From NCBI GenBank assembly GCA_014240005.1, contig JAAZXT010000013.1, positions 1 to 41,535 on the forward strand: a DNA stretch of 41,535 nt, in the 5' to 3' direction. Shown piece by piece: positions 17,728 to 27,956 of this stretch. The stretch comes from Fidelibacterota bacterium. GTDB lineage: Bacteria > Fidelibacterota > Marinisomatia > Marinisomatales > Marinisomataceae. The position numbers and the translations under genes were made by a program. The notes beneath the pieces are model-generated. The model worked only from the letters and a program-made list of their open reading frames with translations. It made no database searches and had not been told where the DNA came from. Each line of letters starts with the position of its first letter. Position 1 is the stretch's first letter.

Positions 17728-17759
17728 AAAAAAAGGGCTTATAAAAAGCCCTTTTTTTT
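17728..17759. terminator. Bidirectional rho-independent terminator
   Basis: 10-bp stem AAAAGGGCTT / AAGCCCTTTT with a 5-nt loop. Flanked by an A-run on the left and a T-run on the right. Sits between the converging tRNA-Leu and the 163-aa gene. Confidence 0.8.
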
Positions 17760-17779
17760 AATACTCGCTAAACTAAATG

Positions 17780-18271
17780 TTATTTCTTTTCTTCACCTTC
17801 TTCTTCTGGTGGAAATACTGAATCGTTTAACTTCTTAAGTTGTTTCTTAATATCTGAGAGATCTCTTCTGGTTCTACGTTTTTCAGAATCAAAGTTATCT
17901 TCTAATCCTTCTAAGTCACGTTGAACATTTTTAATCTTCTTAGTTAGGTCACGATCAACTCTTTTAATTTCATATGCTAGATCATCGATTAAGCTACCAA
18001 GAGAATCAGCTTTAGTATAAATTAATTTTGTGTTAGCAGTGATTCGATCTTGACCTCTTTTAATTTCTTTACCTTGGCCAATATTCTCAAGTTCAACAGC
18101 TTTTACTCGTTGTTTAAATTCTTGATTTACCATATCTACATGCTCAACTTGCTCTTGTCTCAATTGAGTCATTTCATCCATTGCAGAATTATATTGTAAT
18201 AATGAAAAACCTACCGCAACAGTAAGTGCTAAAGCGACAACGCTAAGAATTTTTTCTGTACTAGTTAACAT
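17780..18271 (-). CDS. Hypothetical membrane-anchored coiled-coil protein
   Basis: 163 aa. N-terminal TM (ILSVVALALTVAVGFSLL), then charged heptad-like sequence and an acidic tail. No family recognised. Confidence 0.5.
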   Translation of the reverse strand: MLTSTEKILSVVALALTVAVGFSLLQYNSAMDEMTQLRQEQVEHVDMVNQEFKQRVKAVELENIGQGKEIKRGQDRITANTKLIYTKADSLGSLIDDLAYEIKRVDRDLTKKIKNVQRDLEGLEDNFDSEKRRTRRDLSDIKKQLKKLNDSVFPPEEEGEEKK

Positions 18272-18345
18272 TTATAATACCTCAGTTGTTTTTTTAAGTC
18301 CACCGAAACTAATCAATGAAAACCCAATATGAAAACTTTTTTTTT

Positions 18346-19323
18346 CTAATTAGGAATTTTTCCAATACGTGAAATTCTTGGATTATAATTATCAAGATTA
18401 ATTGAAAACCATGTAATAATTGGTTGACCTAAGATATGACTTTCGGGTACAAATCCCCAATATCTAGAATCTTCACTATTATCCCTATTATCTCCCATCA
18501 TCCAAAAATAATCTTGTTGTACCTTATATGAATCTATCTCAGTAATTGGTTTTCCATTGATATAAAGATATTTAATATATTCTTTCTTAAACATTGGAGA
18601 CCATGGATTAATTAATGTTGCTCCATCTGTAGGTACATAGTTTTTAAATATAGACCTATCGCCTGTTCTTCTAAAAATATCTCTAGGACTATTATTGGTA
18701 AAACTAAATTTTTGGTCTTCATAAATCAACTCTACCGAATTGCCTTCGTATAAAATGATTGGCAATAAAAGCTTCCAATTCATGGATTCATCTAAAACGA
18801 AAGTATCTCCTTTTTTTGGAATAGTAATTTCCGGATACTGATCTTTATTACCAGCTACTCCAAGAAAAATTTCATTATCAATCATATCTGATGACATATA
18901 ATTATCCATTAAAAACTGTCCGCCATCTGGAAGAGTACTAATTTCACCATTAACATAAACCTCTCTATCTGCAATACTAACTGTATCTCCAGGCAATCCA
19001 ATACATCGTTTTACATATTTATAAACAATATCTCTTGGATATTCAAAAACAACTACATCTCCTCTTTTTACTTTTTTAAATGCTGGAAATCTATAATCAG
19101 GTAAAAAAGTTGGAATACTAACTGCTGTAAATGGTACCCAAATTTTTTGTGGTACTTTCATTCCATAGGAAAAACGACTACCTATTAACATATCCCCTTT
19201 TAAGATATTTCTTTCCATACTAGTAGTTGGAACTATATATAGTTCCACGACCGTTTCTTTAAGAAATAGTACAATTAAAATTAGCGCTAATAGCGATTTT
19301 ATCTCTGATGCGATTTTATTCAT
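18346..19323 (-). CDS. lepB: Signal peptidase I
   Basis: 325 aa. TSMERNIL (Ser box), KRCIGLPGD (Lys box), GDNRDNSEDSRYWGFVP. Confidence 0.9.
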   Translation of the reverse strand: MNKIASEIKSLLALILIVLFLKETVVELYIVPTTSMERNILKGDMLIGSRFSYGMKVPQKIWVPFTAVSIPTFLPDYRFPAFKKVKRGDVVVFEYPRDIVYKYVKRCIGLPGDTVSIADREVYVNGEISTLPDGGQFLMDNYMSSDMIDNEIFLGVAGNKDQYPEITIPKKGDTFVLDESMNWKLLLPIILYEGNSVELIYEDQKFSFTNNSPRDIFRRTGDRSIFKNYVPTDGATLINPWSPMFKKEYIKYLYINGKPITEIDSYKVQQDYFWMMGDNRDNSEDSRYWGFVPESHILGQPIITWFSINLDNYNPRISRIGKIPN

Positions 19324-19874
19324 TTGCTTATCATACTAGATATAGGTTTAAATGTTTCCCTGTGAATTGATATATAAGAATATTCTTTAAGAGCATTACA
19401 ATGCTGCTTAGTCCCATATCCTTTATTTTTATCAAAACCATACATAGGATAAATATAATGAAATGAACGCATAATTTCATCTCTAGTAACTTTTGCAATA
19501 ATGGAAGCTGCCATAATCGATCTAATTTTCTGATCTCCTCTTATAACACCTTCATTCTTAATTGGTATATCTAAGGGAAAGCCATCTACTAGAACTTTAT
19601 CAGGCTGATGACTTAAATTATTGATTGCATCAATCATTGCATGCTCTGATGCTACTTTTATATTCATATCATCTATATAGTCATTCCACTTAATGCCTAC
19701 AGCAATAGATAGTGCGTGATCATTGATAATTTTAAAAAGAACGTTACGTTTCTTTTCTGTTAATTTTTTAGAGTCATTTAAGCCGTCTATATCATTATCT
19801 AATATAACTGCTGCTGCTACTACTGGACCAGCCAGTGCACCCCTACCTACCTCATCTACTCCTGCAATTAACAT
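19320..19874 (-). CDS. rnhB: Ribonuclease HII
   Basis: 184 aa. GVDEVGRGALAGPVVAAAV, DSKKL, ASIIAKV.RD. Confidence 0.9.
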   Translation of the reverse strand: MLIAGVDEVGRGALAGPVVAAAVILDNDIDGLNDSKKLTEKKRNVLFKIINDHALSIAVGIKWNDYIDDMNIKVASEHAMIDAINNLSHQPDKVLVDGFPLDIPIKNEGVIRGDQKIRSIMAASIIAKVTRDEIMRSFHYIYPMYGFDKNKGYGTKQHCNALKEYSYISIHRETFKPISSMISK

Positions 19875-19935
19875 AAAAAGTAAATTAATAATAAAATTGA
19901 TGTTTACTTTTAAAAAAAATTTTTAATATGCATGC

Positions 19936-21510
19936 ATGTCAAAAATTAAACTCTCAGCAATTATCTTTAGCATTATAGGTATAGTACTTGCAACCCAGGG
20001 GGTTCATTTTTACGATTCAGCATGGGTCTTCCCTGCCAACTTACTATCAGATAATTTTAAAACATCCTTTCCCTTAAGTAGCGTTCCATTTATGGTGGTC
20101 GCATTACTTGGAACGGGTATTTATATGACATTCAAATTAGGATTCCCTCAATTAAGAAAAGTTCTCCATGGTATTCGAGTAACCAAAGGAGACTATGATA
20201 ATACTGAAGATGAAGGTGATTTAAATCATTTTAAAGCACTATCAACTGCATTAGCCGCAACGGTTGGTATTGGAAATATTGCAGGAGTTGCTATTGCTAT
20301 TTATTATGGTGGTCCAGGAGCATTATTCTGGATGTGGATTACTGCTTTTTTTGGCACAGCACTAAAATATGCAGAATGTACTCTCGCATTAGAATACAGA
20401 GAAACTGACTCTCTTGGAAATACTGCTGGTGGACCTATGTATACTATCGAAAATGGTTTAGGACCTAAGTGGAGATGGCTAGCTGCTACCTTTGCTTGCT
20501 TTGCTATTATTTGTTCATTCTTTACTGGAAATGCAATTCAATCCAATACATTAACACAGCAATTGTATGCTCAAATATTAAGTATTACTGGCCCTGATAA
20601 CGCACTAATGGCTACCAATTCAATTACTTTGCTTGGTAGTGAGTCAAACATATCTATAATGCATGTCATTATTGGTCTAGCTTGTGCTTCTATTGTTGGA
20701 TCTGTTATTTTGGGTGGAATTAAACGTATCGGTAATGTTACAAGTTATTTAGTGCCAATCATGGCAGCAGTTTATGTTATGTGTGCATTATTTATTATTC
20801 TTACCAACTACGAAAGAGTCGGAGAATCTTTTAATACTATTTTTACAATGGCATTCAATCCTCCTTCTATTAAGGACCCAGCTATTGGAATAGCTGCTGG
20901 AGCATTCATTTCTTTCTTAAATACTATGATGATGGGTGTAAAAAGAGGATTATTTTCAAGTGAATCTGGACAAGGATCTGCAGCTATCGCTCATTCAACA
21001 GCAAAAACACCATATGCTGTCAGAGAAGGCGTTGTTGCCTTACTAGAGCCATATATTGATACTATCATTATCTGTACACTCACAGGTCTTGTTATCATGG
21101 TAACTAACTCATGGCATTTAACTGAATTTTATAGCCAAAGAATTGATCCATCAATAACAGATTTAAAAGCAGGTGTTCTTTTAACGAGTCATGCATTTGG
21201 AATTGGAATGCCTTCTATTGGAACCCAAGTAGTGACAATAGCTGTTGTATTATTTGCTTTATCCACTGCTATTAGCTGGTCTTTCTATGGAGATAGAGCT
21301 ACAGAATATTTATTTGGAACGGGCGCAATCCCAATTTATAGATACTGTTATGTATTTATGGTGTTTGTTGGATCCATGCTGACTTTAGAACAAGTCTGGA
21401 TTTTTGGTGATGCAGCATTAGCCTTTATGACATTCCCTAATCTTATCGCTATTATTTTGTTAAGTAATAAGTTAAAAGACTTATCTAACGAATATTTTGA
21501 AAAATATTAA
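19936..21510 (+). CDS. Alanine/glycine:cation symporter (AGCS family)
   Basis: 524 aa, polytopic. ALAATVGIGNIAGVAIAIYYGGPGALFWMW and SSESGQGSAAIAHS motifs. Confidence 0.9.
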   Translation: MSKIKLSAIIFSIIGIVLATQGVHFYDSAWVFPANLLSDNFKTSFPLSSVPFMVVALLGTGIYMTFKLGFPQLRKVLHGIRVTKGDYDNTEDEGDLNHFKALSTALAATVGIGNIAGVAIAIYYGGPGALFWMWITAFFGTALKYAECTLALEYRETDSLGNTAGGPMYTIENGLGPKWRWLAATFACFAIICSFFTGNAIQSNTLTQQLYAQILSITGPDNALMATNSITLLGSESNISIMHVIIGLACASIVGSVILGGIKRIGNVTSYLVPIMAAVYVMCALFIILTNYERVGESFNTIFTMAFNPPSIKDPAIGIAAGAFISFLNTMMMGVKRGLFSSESGQGSAAIAHSTAKTPYAVREGVVALLEPYIDTIIICTLTGLVIMVTNSWHLTEFYSQRIDPSITDLKAGVLLTSHAFGIGMPSIGTQVVTIAVVLFALSTAISWSFYGDRATEYLFGTGAIPIYRYCYVFMVFVGSMLTLEQVWIFGDAALAFMTFPNLIAIILLSNKLKDLSNEYFEKY

Positions 21511-21522
21511 TTCCTTCTGCTT

Positions 21523-22746
21523 TTAGTAAATAAAATCTTCTGATGAAATAGTACTATGGTTAGTTTCAATTATTGTAAATAAATATTCATTATTAGCGCT
21601 TACCAGAGTATGACTTCTATAATCATAATAAAAAGTGTATCCTCCCACAGAAAATGAACCTTGGGTTCCTTGTGCGATAGAAACATTAGAGAAACTTAAA
21701 TCATCTTCTAAGCGAATTTTATCAACTCCATCTTCGAAATCATAGATGATATTTGCGCCAGTGAAACCGCTTGAACCATCCCCTGAACGACCAATAAATA
21801 TATCATTACCATTTCCACCGTATAAACTATCTTTGCCATCACCACCATCTAGGATGTCATCACCATCTCCACCATATAGCTCATCAAAATTATCGGAACC
21901 ATATAGAATGTCATTATCACCACCACCATATAGCTTGTCTAATCCATCTCCTCCATCAATAATATCGTCTCCTGACTCTCCATAGAGAACATCTCTTCCA
22001 CCAAGACCAAACAAAATATCGTTTCCTGCTCCAGCATATAATGTGTCTGGATTTGCAGTACCATAAATTGTATCGTCACCTGGATTAGTATTTGAAGAGC
22101 TTACTTCAATAAAAACTGTAGCTTTATTGCTATCAACCATACCATCATTTGCTTTATAAGTAAAAGAATCTGCTCCGAGATTAGTTGCGATGAAGTGCAC
22201 TACATTTCCTTCAATTGACACTGTACCGTTGTTTGGATTATTTACAATGCTAAATGTTAGGTTGTCATTTTCTATATCCGAACCAGCTAATACTACATCT
22301 ATTGACTGGTTAATAACTATGGATAAATCGTTTATATCTTGAACTGTAGGAGCATCGTTTACCGTATTAATTGTAATCATTACGGTTGATACATTACTAT
22401 CATTAGAACCATCACTTGCTTTAAAACTAAAAGTATCAGTTCCATTATAGTTTTCTTGTGGTGTATATGTGATAATATTACTACTTAAACTTATTACTCC
22501 CATTTGAGTTTCAGTTATAATCGTATAGATTAAAATTTCTCCATCTGTTCTGTATTTTTGTAAGGTTATATCAACAGGAGTATCTTCATTAGTAATAATA
22601 CTTAAATCGCTTAAAGTGGGTGGTAGAAGTAACTGGCTTTTGGTAGGTGAACTACATGTCGAAATAAAAAAAATACTTAAAAAAAGTATGCTGTATTGTA
22701 ATAAAAGTTTGATATTCCAATATAAAAGATATACTACAAAATTCAA
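21523..22746 (-). CDS. Lipoprotein with two cadherin/Ig-like repeats and an RTX (GGxGxD) calcium-binding repeat block (TTG start)
   Basis: 407 aa. Lipobox FFISTC. Two ~85-aa repeats ending in ..VNDAP.. / ..IEV. Residues ~224-319 are nonapeptide repeats (GAGNDILFG, GGRDVLYG, GDGLDKLYG, GGDNDILYG...). The TTG start overlaps the upstream stop as TTGA. Confidence 0.75.
   Translation of the reverse strand: MNFVVYLLYWNIKLLLQYSILFLSIFFISTCSSPTKSQLLLPPTLSDLSIITNEDTPVDITLQKYRTDGEILIYTIITETQMGVISLSSNIITYTPQENYNGTDTFSFKASDGSNDSNVSTVMITINTVNDAPTVQDINDLSIVINQSIDVVLAGSDIENDNLTFSIVNNPNNGTVSIEGNVVHFIATNLGADSFTYKANDGMVDSNKATVFIEVSSSNTNPGDDTIYGTANPDTLYAGAGNDILFGLGGRDVLYGESGDDIIDGGDGLDKLYGGGDNDILYGSDNFDELYGGDGDDILDGGDGKDSLYGGNGNDIFIGRSGDGSSGFTGANIIYDFEDGVDKIRLEDDLSFSNVSIAQGTQGSFSVGGYTFYYDYRSHTLVSANNEYLFTIIETNHSTISSEDFIY
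21790..22077 (-). repeat. Coding tandem RTX nonapeptide repeat block within the 407-aa gene
   Basis: About ten GGxGxDxL/I-x units in the translation. The S/P-rich antisense ORF at 21746..21985 is a by-product of this periodicity. Confidence 0.7.
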
Positions 22747-23936
22747 CTCTTTTTCTTTGGAACAAATCTTACAACAGATTCAACATGATGAGTCATAGGA
22801 AATAAGTCTATAACATTAATCTTATCTAAAGAATAACCAGAATTTTCTAAAAACCTACTATCGCGAGCTAAAGATGCAGGATCGCAAGATATGTAAACAA
22901 TTCTTTTAGGAGATTTAGATACTATTTTATCTATTGTACTTTTACCGGCTCCCGTTCTTGGTGGATCTAATAAGATTGCATCAATATTATTTAATTGAGA
23001 TAATTTTTTATCTACTAAGCCTTTATGAATCGTTACATTTTTATATTTTTTAAAAATTTTTGATGCATCTCTAATTGCGTGATTACTCAGTTCAATCATA
23101 TGGACATGACCCTTACTTCCAACTTTATCAGCTACTGGCATAGTAAATAGTCCAACACCTCCATAAAGATCGCATACAACATCGCCTTGTTTTAATTTCA
23201 TAAAACTTATAGCCAAATCTGATAATATTTTTGGTGCTTCTTTATGGCTCTGCCAAAATGATTGTGGAGAAATATCATAAACGTTTTTATCTACTAATTC
23301 TCTTATTTTTTTTGGACCAGATACAGTCATTTTTCCTCTTGATATGTTAACTTGATTTGAACTAGACACTGAGACTCTTACACGATCAGTCCCGCCCCAT
23401 TCTTCGTTAAATAAGCTAGATTCGTTGATTTCTTTAACGGCAATCGCGCAACGATCTATCTCAACAACTTTTTTGGTTTTTGGAGCATATAAGCCTGCTT
23501 TGCCATTCTCAGAAATTGCAAAATTAAATCGAGTACGCCATCCCAAGCCATTTTTAGGTTCAACACTAACCATTTCAGGATCAACTTCCATTCTTGCAAT
23601 ACGCATAAATTGATCTCGAATAACTTCTAGCTTAAATTTTTGTTGAGCAGACATATTAATATGTTGAAAATCACAACCTCCACATCCACCTGGAATAGCA
23701 TAATTACAAATAGGTTTAATTCTGTCAGTTGATTCACTTAGAATTTCTACAGCATCACCGTGGGCTAATTTTGATGAAACAGATGTGATTTTTACAATAG
23801 CTTTCTCACCTGTTATTGCATGTCTAACAAAAACGACTTGGCCGTTATGGCGAGAAATAAAATGTCCGCCATTGGCAATAGGGCCAATTTCAACTTCGAT
23901 TTGATCTCCTATTTTTAAACTTTTATCCATTACCAT
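22743..23936 (-). CDS. RumA/TrmA-family 23S rRNA (uracil-5-)-methyltransferase (TRAM domain plus Fe-S Cys cluster)
   Basis: 397 aa. N-terminal TRAM-like barrel. CNYAIPGGCGGCDFQH plus a later IDRC Cys. SAM motif DLYGGVGLF. DPPRTG. ISCDP. Confidence 0.8.
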   Translation of the reverse strand: MVMDKSLKIGDQIEVEIGPIANGGHFISRHNGQVVFVRHAITGEKAIVKITSVSSKLAHGDAVEILSESTDRIKPICNYAIPGGCGGCDFQHINMSAQQKFKLEVIRDQFMRIARMEVDPEMVSVEPKNGLGWRTRFNFAISENGKAGLYAPKTKKVVEIDRCAIAVKEINESSLFNEEWGGTDRVRVSVSSSNQVNISRGKMTVSGPKKIRELVDKNVYDISPQSFWQSHKEAPKILSDLAISFMKLKQGDVVCDLYGGVGLFTMPVADKVGSKGHVHMIELSNHAIRDASKIFKKYKNVTIHKGLVDKKLSQLNNIDAILLDPPRTGAGKSTIDKIVSKSPKRIVYISCDPASLARDSRFLENSGYSLDKINVIDLFPMTHHVESVVRFVPKKKS

Positions 23937-23975
23937 AATTTATCAATAGATGCAAAGTTTGTAGCTTTTTTCTTT

Positions 23976-24980
23976 TTAAGCTAACTCTAAATAAGTCTTA
24001 ACATCAGAAAGTACGCTTTTAAGCAGTTTCTCATCTGATTCTAAAAGTATCTTCACTTTTTCTCTTCCTTGAGCTACTTTATTACCCTTATAGGAGAACC
24101 AGGAGCCCATTTTCTCAACTACGCCGCCTTGTAATGCTAAATCAAGCAAATCACCTGCATAAGAGATACCTTTACCGTACATGATGTCAAACTCGGTCAT
24201 TTTGAATGGTGGAGCAACTTTATTTTTTACAACTTTCACTCTAGTTCTGTTTCCAGTCATATCTGTGCCTACCTTAATAGCAGCAATTCTACGGATATCT
24301 AACCTAACTGATGCATAGAATTTTAACGCTCTTCCACCCGGAGTAGTTTCAGGACTGCCGAACATTACTCCAATTTTTTCTCTAATCTGATTAATAAACA
24401 CAACACATGTTCTTGATTTATTAATAGGGCCAGATAACTTACGTAAAGCCTGAGACATTAAACGTGCTTGCAGTCCAACAGTAACATCTCCAATTTGACC
24501 TTCTAGTTCTTTTATAGGAACTAATGCAGCAACAGAGTCAATAACAATAACATCTAAAGCGGTTGTTTCAAGAAGCTTTTGTAAAATATCTAATGCTTGC
24601 TCTGCAGAGTCTGGTTGAGAAACTAATAAATCATCTGCATTACAACCTAAATTCTTTGCATATTCAGGATCTAAGGCATTTTCTGCATCAATAAATGCTG
24701 CTTTACCTCCATTCTTTTGACATTCAGCAACAATATGTAAGGCTAGGGTTGTTTTTCCAGAAGCTTCTGGACCAAATATCTCGACAACTCTTCCTCTAGG
24801 AACACCACCAACACCTAAAGCCATATCCAGAGATAAACATCCGGTAGAAATAGCTTCAACATCTAAAGTGGCTGTTCCACCTAGACGCATAATTGAACCT
24901 TCACCATATGCTTTATTAATATCTTGTGTTGCTGTTTCTAGCGCTTTATCTTTATTTGCTCTTGCTTTATTTGTTGCCAT
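23976..24980 (-). CDS. recA: Recombinase RecA
   Basis: 334 aa. GPEASGKTT (Walker A), [10 protein letters not shown]1/L2 loop regions, [22 protein letters not shown]. Confidence 0.97.
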   Translation of the reverse strand: MATNKARANKDKALETATQDINKAYGEGSIMRLGGTATLDVEAISTGCLSLDMALGVGGVPRGRVVEIFGPEASGKTTLALHIVAECQKNGGKAAFIDAENALDPEYAKNLGCNADDLLVSQPDSAEQALDILQKLLETTALDVIVIDSVAALVPIKELEGQIGDVTVGLQARLMSQALRKLSGPINKSRTCVVFINQIREKIGVMFGSPETTPGGRALKFYASVRLDIRRIAAIKVGTDMTGNRTRVKVVKNKVAPPFKMTEFDIMYGKGISYAGDLLDLALQGGVVEKMGSWFSYKGNKVAQGREKVKILLESDEKLLKSVLSDVKTYLELA

Positions 24981-24999
24981 ATTGTTTTCCTCTTTAAAT

Positions 25000-26292
25000 T
25001 TATATTCCTTTAGAATTTTCTAAAATTTTTCTTATCTCATTGAGACATAAAATGACAGTAAGTTCACGATTGATACTGCGATTTGGTGTCAAATTATACT
25101 TCTTAATATATACATTATTTTTATAAAATATTCCAACAAATACTAATCCTACTGGTTTTTCTTCGCTACCACCACCTGGACCCGCTATACCTGTTATGCT
25201 TACGCCCATTTCACTATCTAATTTTTTAGCAATATTCACTGCCAATTCATGAGCAGTTTCTTCACTAACAGCTCCATATTGATCTAAAGTTTTCTGTTTA
25301 ACACCAACTAAATCGTGTTTCAATTCATTGCTATAACAAACAACGCCACCATTAAAATATTTAGAACTCCCCGCAGTCTCTGTAAGTCGTGCACTCAATA
25401 AACCTGCTGTACAAGATTCAGCTGTAGCAATTCTTGTATTGTTATCAATTAAAAGACCTGCAACAACTTCTTCTAATTTATCAGAATCAAAACCATAGAC
25501 ATATTTATCAACTCTTTTAACAATAGACTTAAGCAAGCTATCAACAATCTCTATATCTTCAGCCGTTAATCGAATATCAACTCCAAGCATACGATGCGGT
25601 AAAAATGCAATATCACACTTATCCTTATTTGCATCTATAATATCAGATATTTTTTCTTGAAGAATAGATTCTGGTACTCCAGTAGTCCTTATTGACTTAC
25701 ACACTACCTTACTCTCTAATGCTTTTTCAAGAACAGGTAAAACATAATTTGTCATCATAGATTTCATTTCTTGAGGAACGCCTGGTAATGCAAAAAAATG
25801 TGTTTTCTTAGGACCGCCTTTCAGGGCAGTTTTTACAGTTTTAAAAAGTGATGAGTGATCTTTTGTATAATGCAATCCTCTGGCTGTTCCTACTAGATTT
25901 GTTATCATTTTACCGTTTTTTGATTTGTAAGCTTGATTCTTATTTAAGTTTGGCATTTTAAAGTTGAGCTTTTTAAAACGGTCTTTCAGTATACTCCAAT
26001 ATTCCCTATCAAATTCATGCTCATCATCAAAATAATCTAGGAAAGTAGAAACAGTAATATCATCAACAGTTGGACCTAAACCTCCTGTAACTATTACATA
26101 GTCACACTCCCAATCTTTCCACATAGATTCTAGAGTATCACAGATATCGTCATAATCGTCTTGAATAGTTTGCCTTATGTGCACTTTCATTCCAGACTCT
26201 AAAAGCTTTTGACCAATCCAAGCAGAGTTACGATCAATCGTAAATCCGCTTAATAATTCATTTCCAATGGTTATAATTCCAATCTTCATCAT
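25000..26292 (-). CDS. cinA: CinA-family competence/damage-inducible protein (MoCF-like N-domain plus PncC-type nicotinamide-nucleotide amidase C-domain)
   Basis: [11 protein letters not shown]...[12 protein letters not shown] at the N-terminus and TAESCTAGL...[12 protein letters not shown] at the C-terminus. Start chosen at ATG 26292 (ATGA overlap with the pgpA stop). 26301 or 26289 are also possible. Confidence 0.85.
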   Translation of the reverse strand: MMKIGIITIGNELLSGFTIDRNSAWIGQKLLESGMKVHIRQTIQDDYDDICDTLESMWKDWECDYVIVTGGLGPTVDDITVSTFLDYFDDEHEFDREYWSILKDRFKKLNFKMPNLNKNQAYKSKNGKMITNLVGTARGLHYTKDHSSLFKTVKTALKGGPKKTHFFALPGVPQEMKSMMTNYVLPVLEKALESKVVCKSIRTTGVPESILQEKISDIIDANKDKCDIAFLPHRMLGVDIRLTAEDIEIVDSLLKSIVKRVDKYVYGFDSDKLEEVVAGLLIDNNTRIATAESCTAGLLSARLTETAGSSKYFNGGVVCYSNELKHDLVGVKQKTLDQYGAVSEETAHELAVNIAKKLDSEMGVSITGIAGPGGGSEEKPVGLVFVGIFYKNNVYIKKYNLTPNRSINRELTVILCLNEIRKILENSKGI

Positions 26293-26879
26293 AGGATCCA
26301 TAAATAAATACTTAAAATAGATATAACAATAATAGAACTTAACAATCCTGCCACTAAATCGTCTGCCATAATTCTCATTGGTGAATCAATAGGGTCAGTA
26401 TCAAATTTTTTCCACCACAAAGGAGCATTTTTAAGATCTTCGCTCCAACCTACAGGTCCGATTTTGCTAATATCAAAAATTCGAAACAGAACAAACGTTA
26501 ACACGAATAGTAATTCTTGATTATTAATATAGTTTGGGAGATCGAAAGAAAACCCCCCAAAAAACCAAGAAAAAAGCCCTACAATCATAATAGCGAATGA
26601 CATCCCAGCGATTTCGTCTAATACAAATTCTTTTGGATCTTTAGAATCGAAGAACGGTAATGATTGTTCATATAGATATCCAAAAGAAAAAAATGACATC
26701 ATATATGTATACAATGCTATTTCACCACTGAGAGCATTTGTCGATGAGTCTTCGAATATAATAACTAGAAATAGGATAAATAAAGAAGCCCAAGTTCCTC
26801 CTCCTGGCAATCTACCTAAACCAAAAAGGGTAACAATCTGATAAGCTATCTTGTTTTTAAAATCCATTTTTGATGACAT
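26289..26879 (-). CDS. pgpA: Phosphatidylglycerophosphatase A
   Basis: TLFGLGRLPGGGTWASL motif and polytopic body. Start moved to ATG 26879, which has AGGAG 6 nt upstream. The longer form in the ORF track (to 26924) is probably only an open-frame extension into pgsA. Confidence 0.7.
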   Translation of the reverse strand: MSSKMDFKNKIAYQIVTLFGLGRLPGGGTWASLFILFLVIIFEDSSTNALSGEIALYTYMMSFFSFGYLYEQSLPFFDSKDPKEFVLDEIAGMSFAIMIVGLFSWFFGGFSFDLPNYINNQELLFVLTFVLFRIFDISKIGPVGWSEDLKNAPLWWKKFDTDPIDSPMRIMADDLVAGLLSSIIVISILSIYLWIL

Positions 26880-27360
26880 ACTCAGCTCCTGTTGCTGCTG
26901 CATAAATCGCATTAAATGAAACAATTAGATTAATAATCTCTTGTGTAGGATTGTTTAATAAGATAACAATAATCATAACATGTTGAAATACAGTTTTCCA
27001 TTTTCCATATTGAGATGTTACTAAAGGTTTTTTCTTACCAATAAGATAGTTTCTGTACATTGTAATTAAAATGTCGCGACCAATAATAATACCATAAGCC
27101 CAAAGTAGTATAATTCCTTGATAAGCTAGTATGCTCAATGTACCTATCATGAGAATTTTATCTGCTAAAGGATCAAGATAATTACCTTTTTCTGATACAA
27201 GATTATGTTTGCGAGCCAATCTTCCATCAGCAACATCACTGAAACTGCAATAAGCAAAAACTAATGCAGCTGCTATATAGTTATTGATATAAATAAGATA
27301 TATGATAAGCGGAGTAAGGATAATACGAGAATAGGTTAAAAAATCGACAAAGTATTTCAA
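26857..27360 (-). CDS. pgsA: CDP-diacylglycerol--glycerol-3-phosphate 3-phosphatidyltransferase (TTG start)
   Basis: 167 aa. CDP-alcohol phosphatidyltransferase signature DVADGRLARK...G..LDPLADK. TTGA overlap with the recR stop. Confidence 0.85.
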   Translation of the reverse strand: MKYFVDFLTYSRIILTPLIIYLIYINNYIAAALVFAYCSFSDVADGRLARKHNLVSEKGNYLDPLADKILMIGTLSILAYQGIILLWAYGIIIGRDILITMYRNYLIGKKKPLVTSQYGKWKTVFQHVMIIVILLNNPTQEIINLIVSFNAIYAAATGAEYVIKNGF

Positions 27361-27956
27361 TTCAGCTTTACCCTTCCTTCGATAGCAGTAGTCACTGTTT
27401 TATCATCTATATATTCTAGATTACTACCAACAGGTAACCCCACTGCTAATCTAGAAATAGTCACTTTTTTATCTTTTAATATTTTTTCTATATACATCGC
27501 AGTTGCATTACCTGACGTACTTGGGTTGGTAGCAATAATGATTTCTTCTAATTTGTCATCAATACGATTTAAAAGCTTATCAAATGATAATTCTGATGGC
27601 CCTATTCCATCCAATGGTGATATAGCGCCTCCAAGTACATGATATAATCCATCATAACTATTAGTATTTTCAATTTTTACAGCATCTTCAACATTCTCAA
27701 CAACACATAAGCATGAGACGTTTCGATTCGAATTACAACTACAGTCTTCGTCTTCTTTCAAGAAAATCATTCCACAATTATCACAATTAGCTAGCTTTTC
27801 ACTTATATTGTCTAAGGAAACCGTTAGATCTTTTGCAATAGATTTATTAGAGCGAACAATGAAGTATGCAATACGTTCAGCACCCTTTCTTCCTACGCCT
27901 GGAAATTTTGTTAAAGATTCTACTAATTGTTCAATATATGCTGTTACTTTGCTCAT
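27357..27956 (-). CDS. recR: Recombination protein RecR
   Basis: 199 aa. LPGVGRKGAERIA (HhH), Cys4 zinc finger (C..C...C.C region), Toprim (IIATNPSTSGNATA). Confidence 0.9.
   Translation of the reverse strand: MSKVTAYIEQLVESLTKFPGVGRKGAERIAYFIVRSNKSIAKDLTVSLDNISEKLANCDNCGMIFLKEDEDCSCNSNRNVSCLCVVENVEDAVKIENTNSYDGLYHVLGGAISPLDGIGPSELSFDKLLNRIDDKLEEIIIATNPSTSGNATAMYIEKILKDKKVTISRLAVGLPVGSNLEYIDDKTVTTAIEGRVKLN

Noticed and set aside
19875-19935. Possible glycine riboswitch upstream of the alanine/glycine:cation symporter
   Set aside because: The whole divergent gap is only 61 nt, with no conserved riboswitch-like helices visible. It is too short once a promoter is accommodated.
21746-21985. 79-aa Ser/Pro-rich plus-strand ORF
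   Set aside because: It is the mirror image of the GGxGxD RTX repeat coding region on the minus strand. Its periodic S-P-P composition is a by-product of that repeat.
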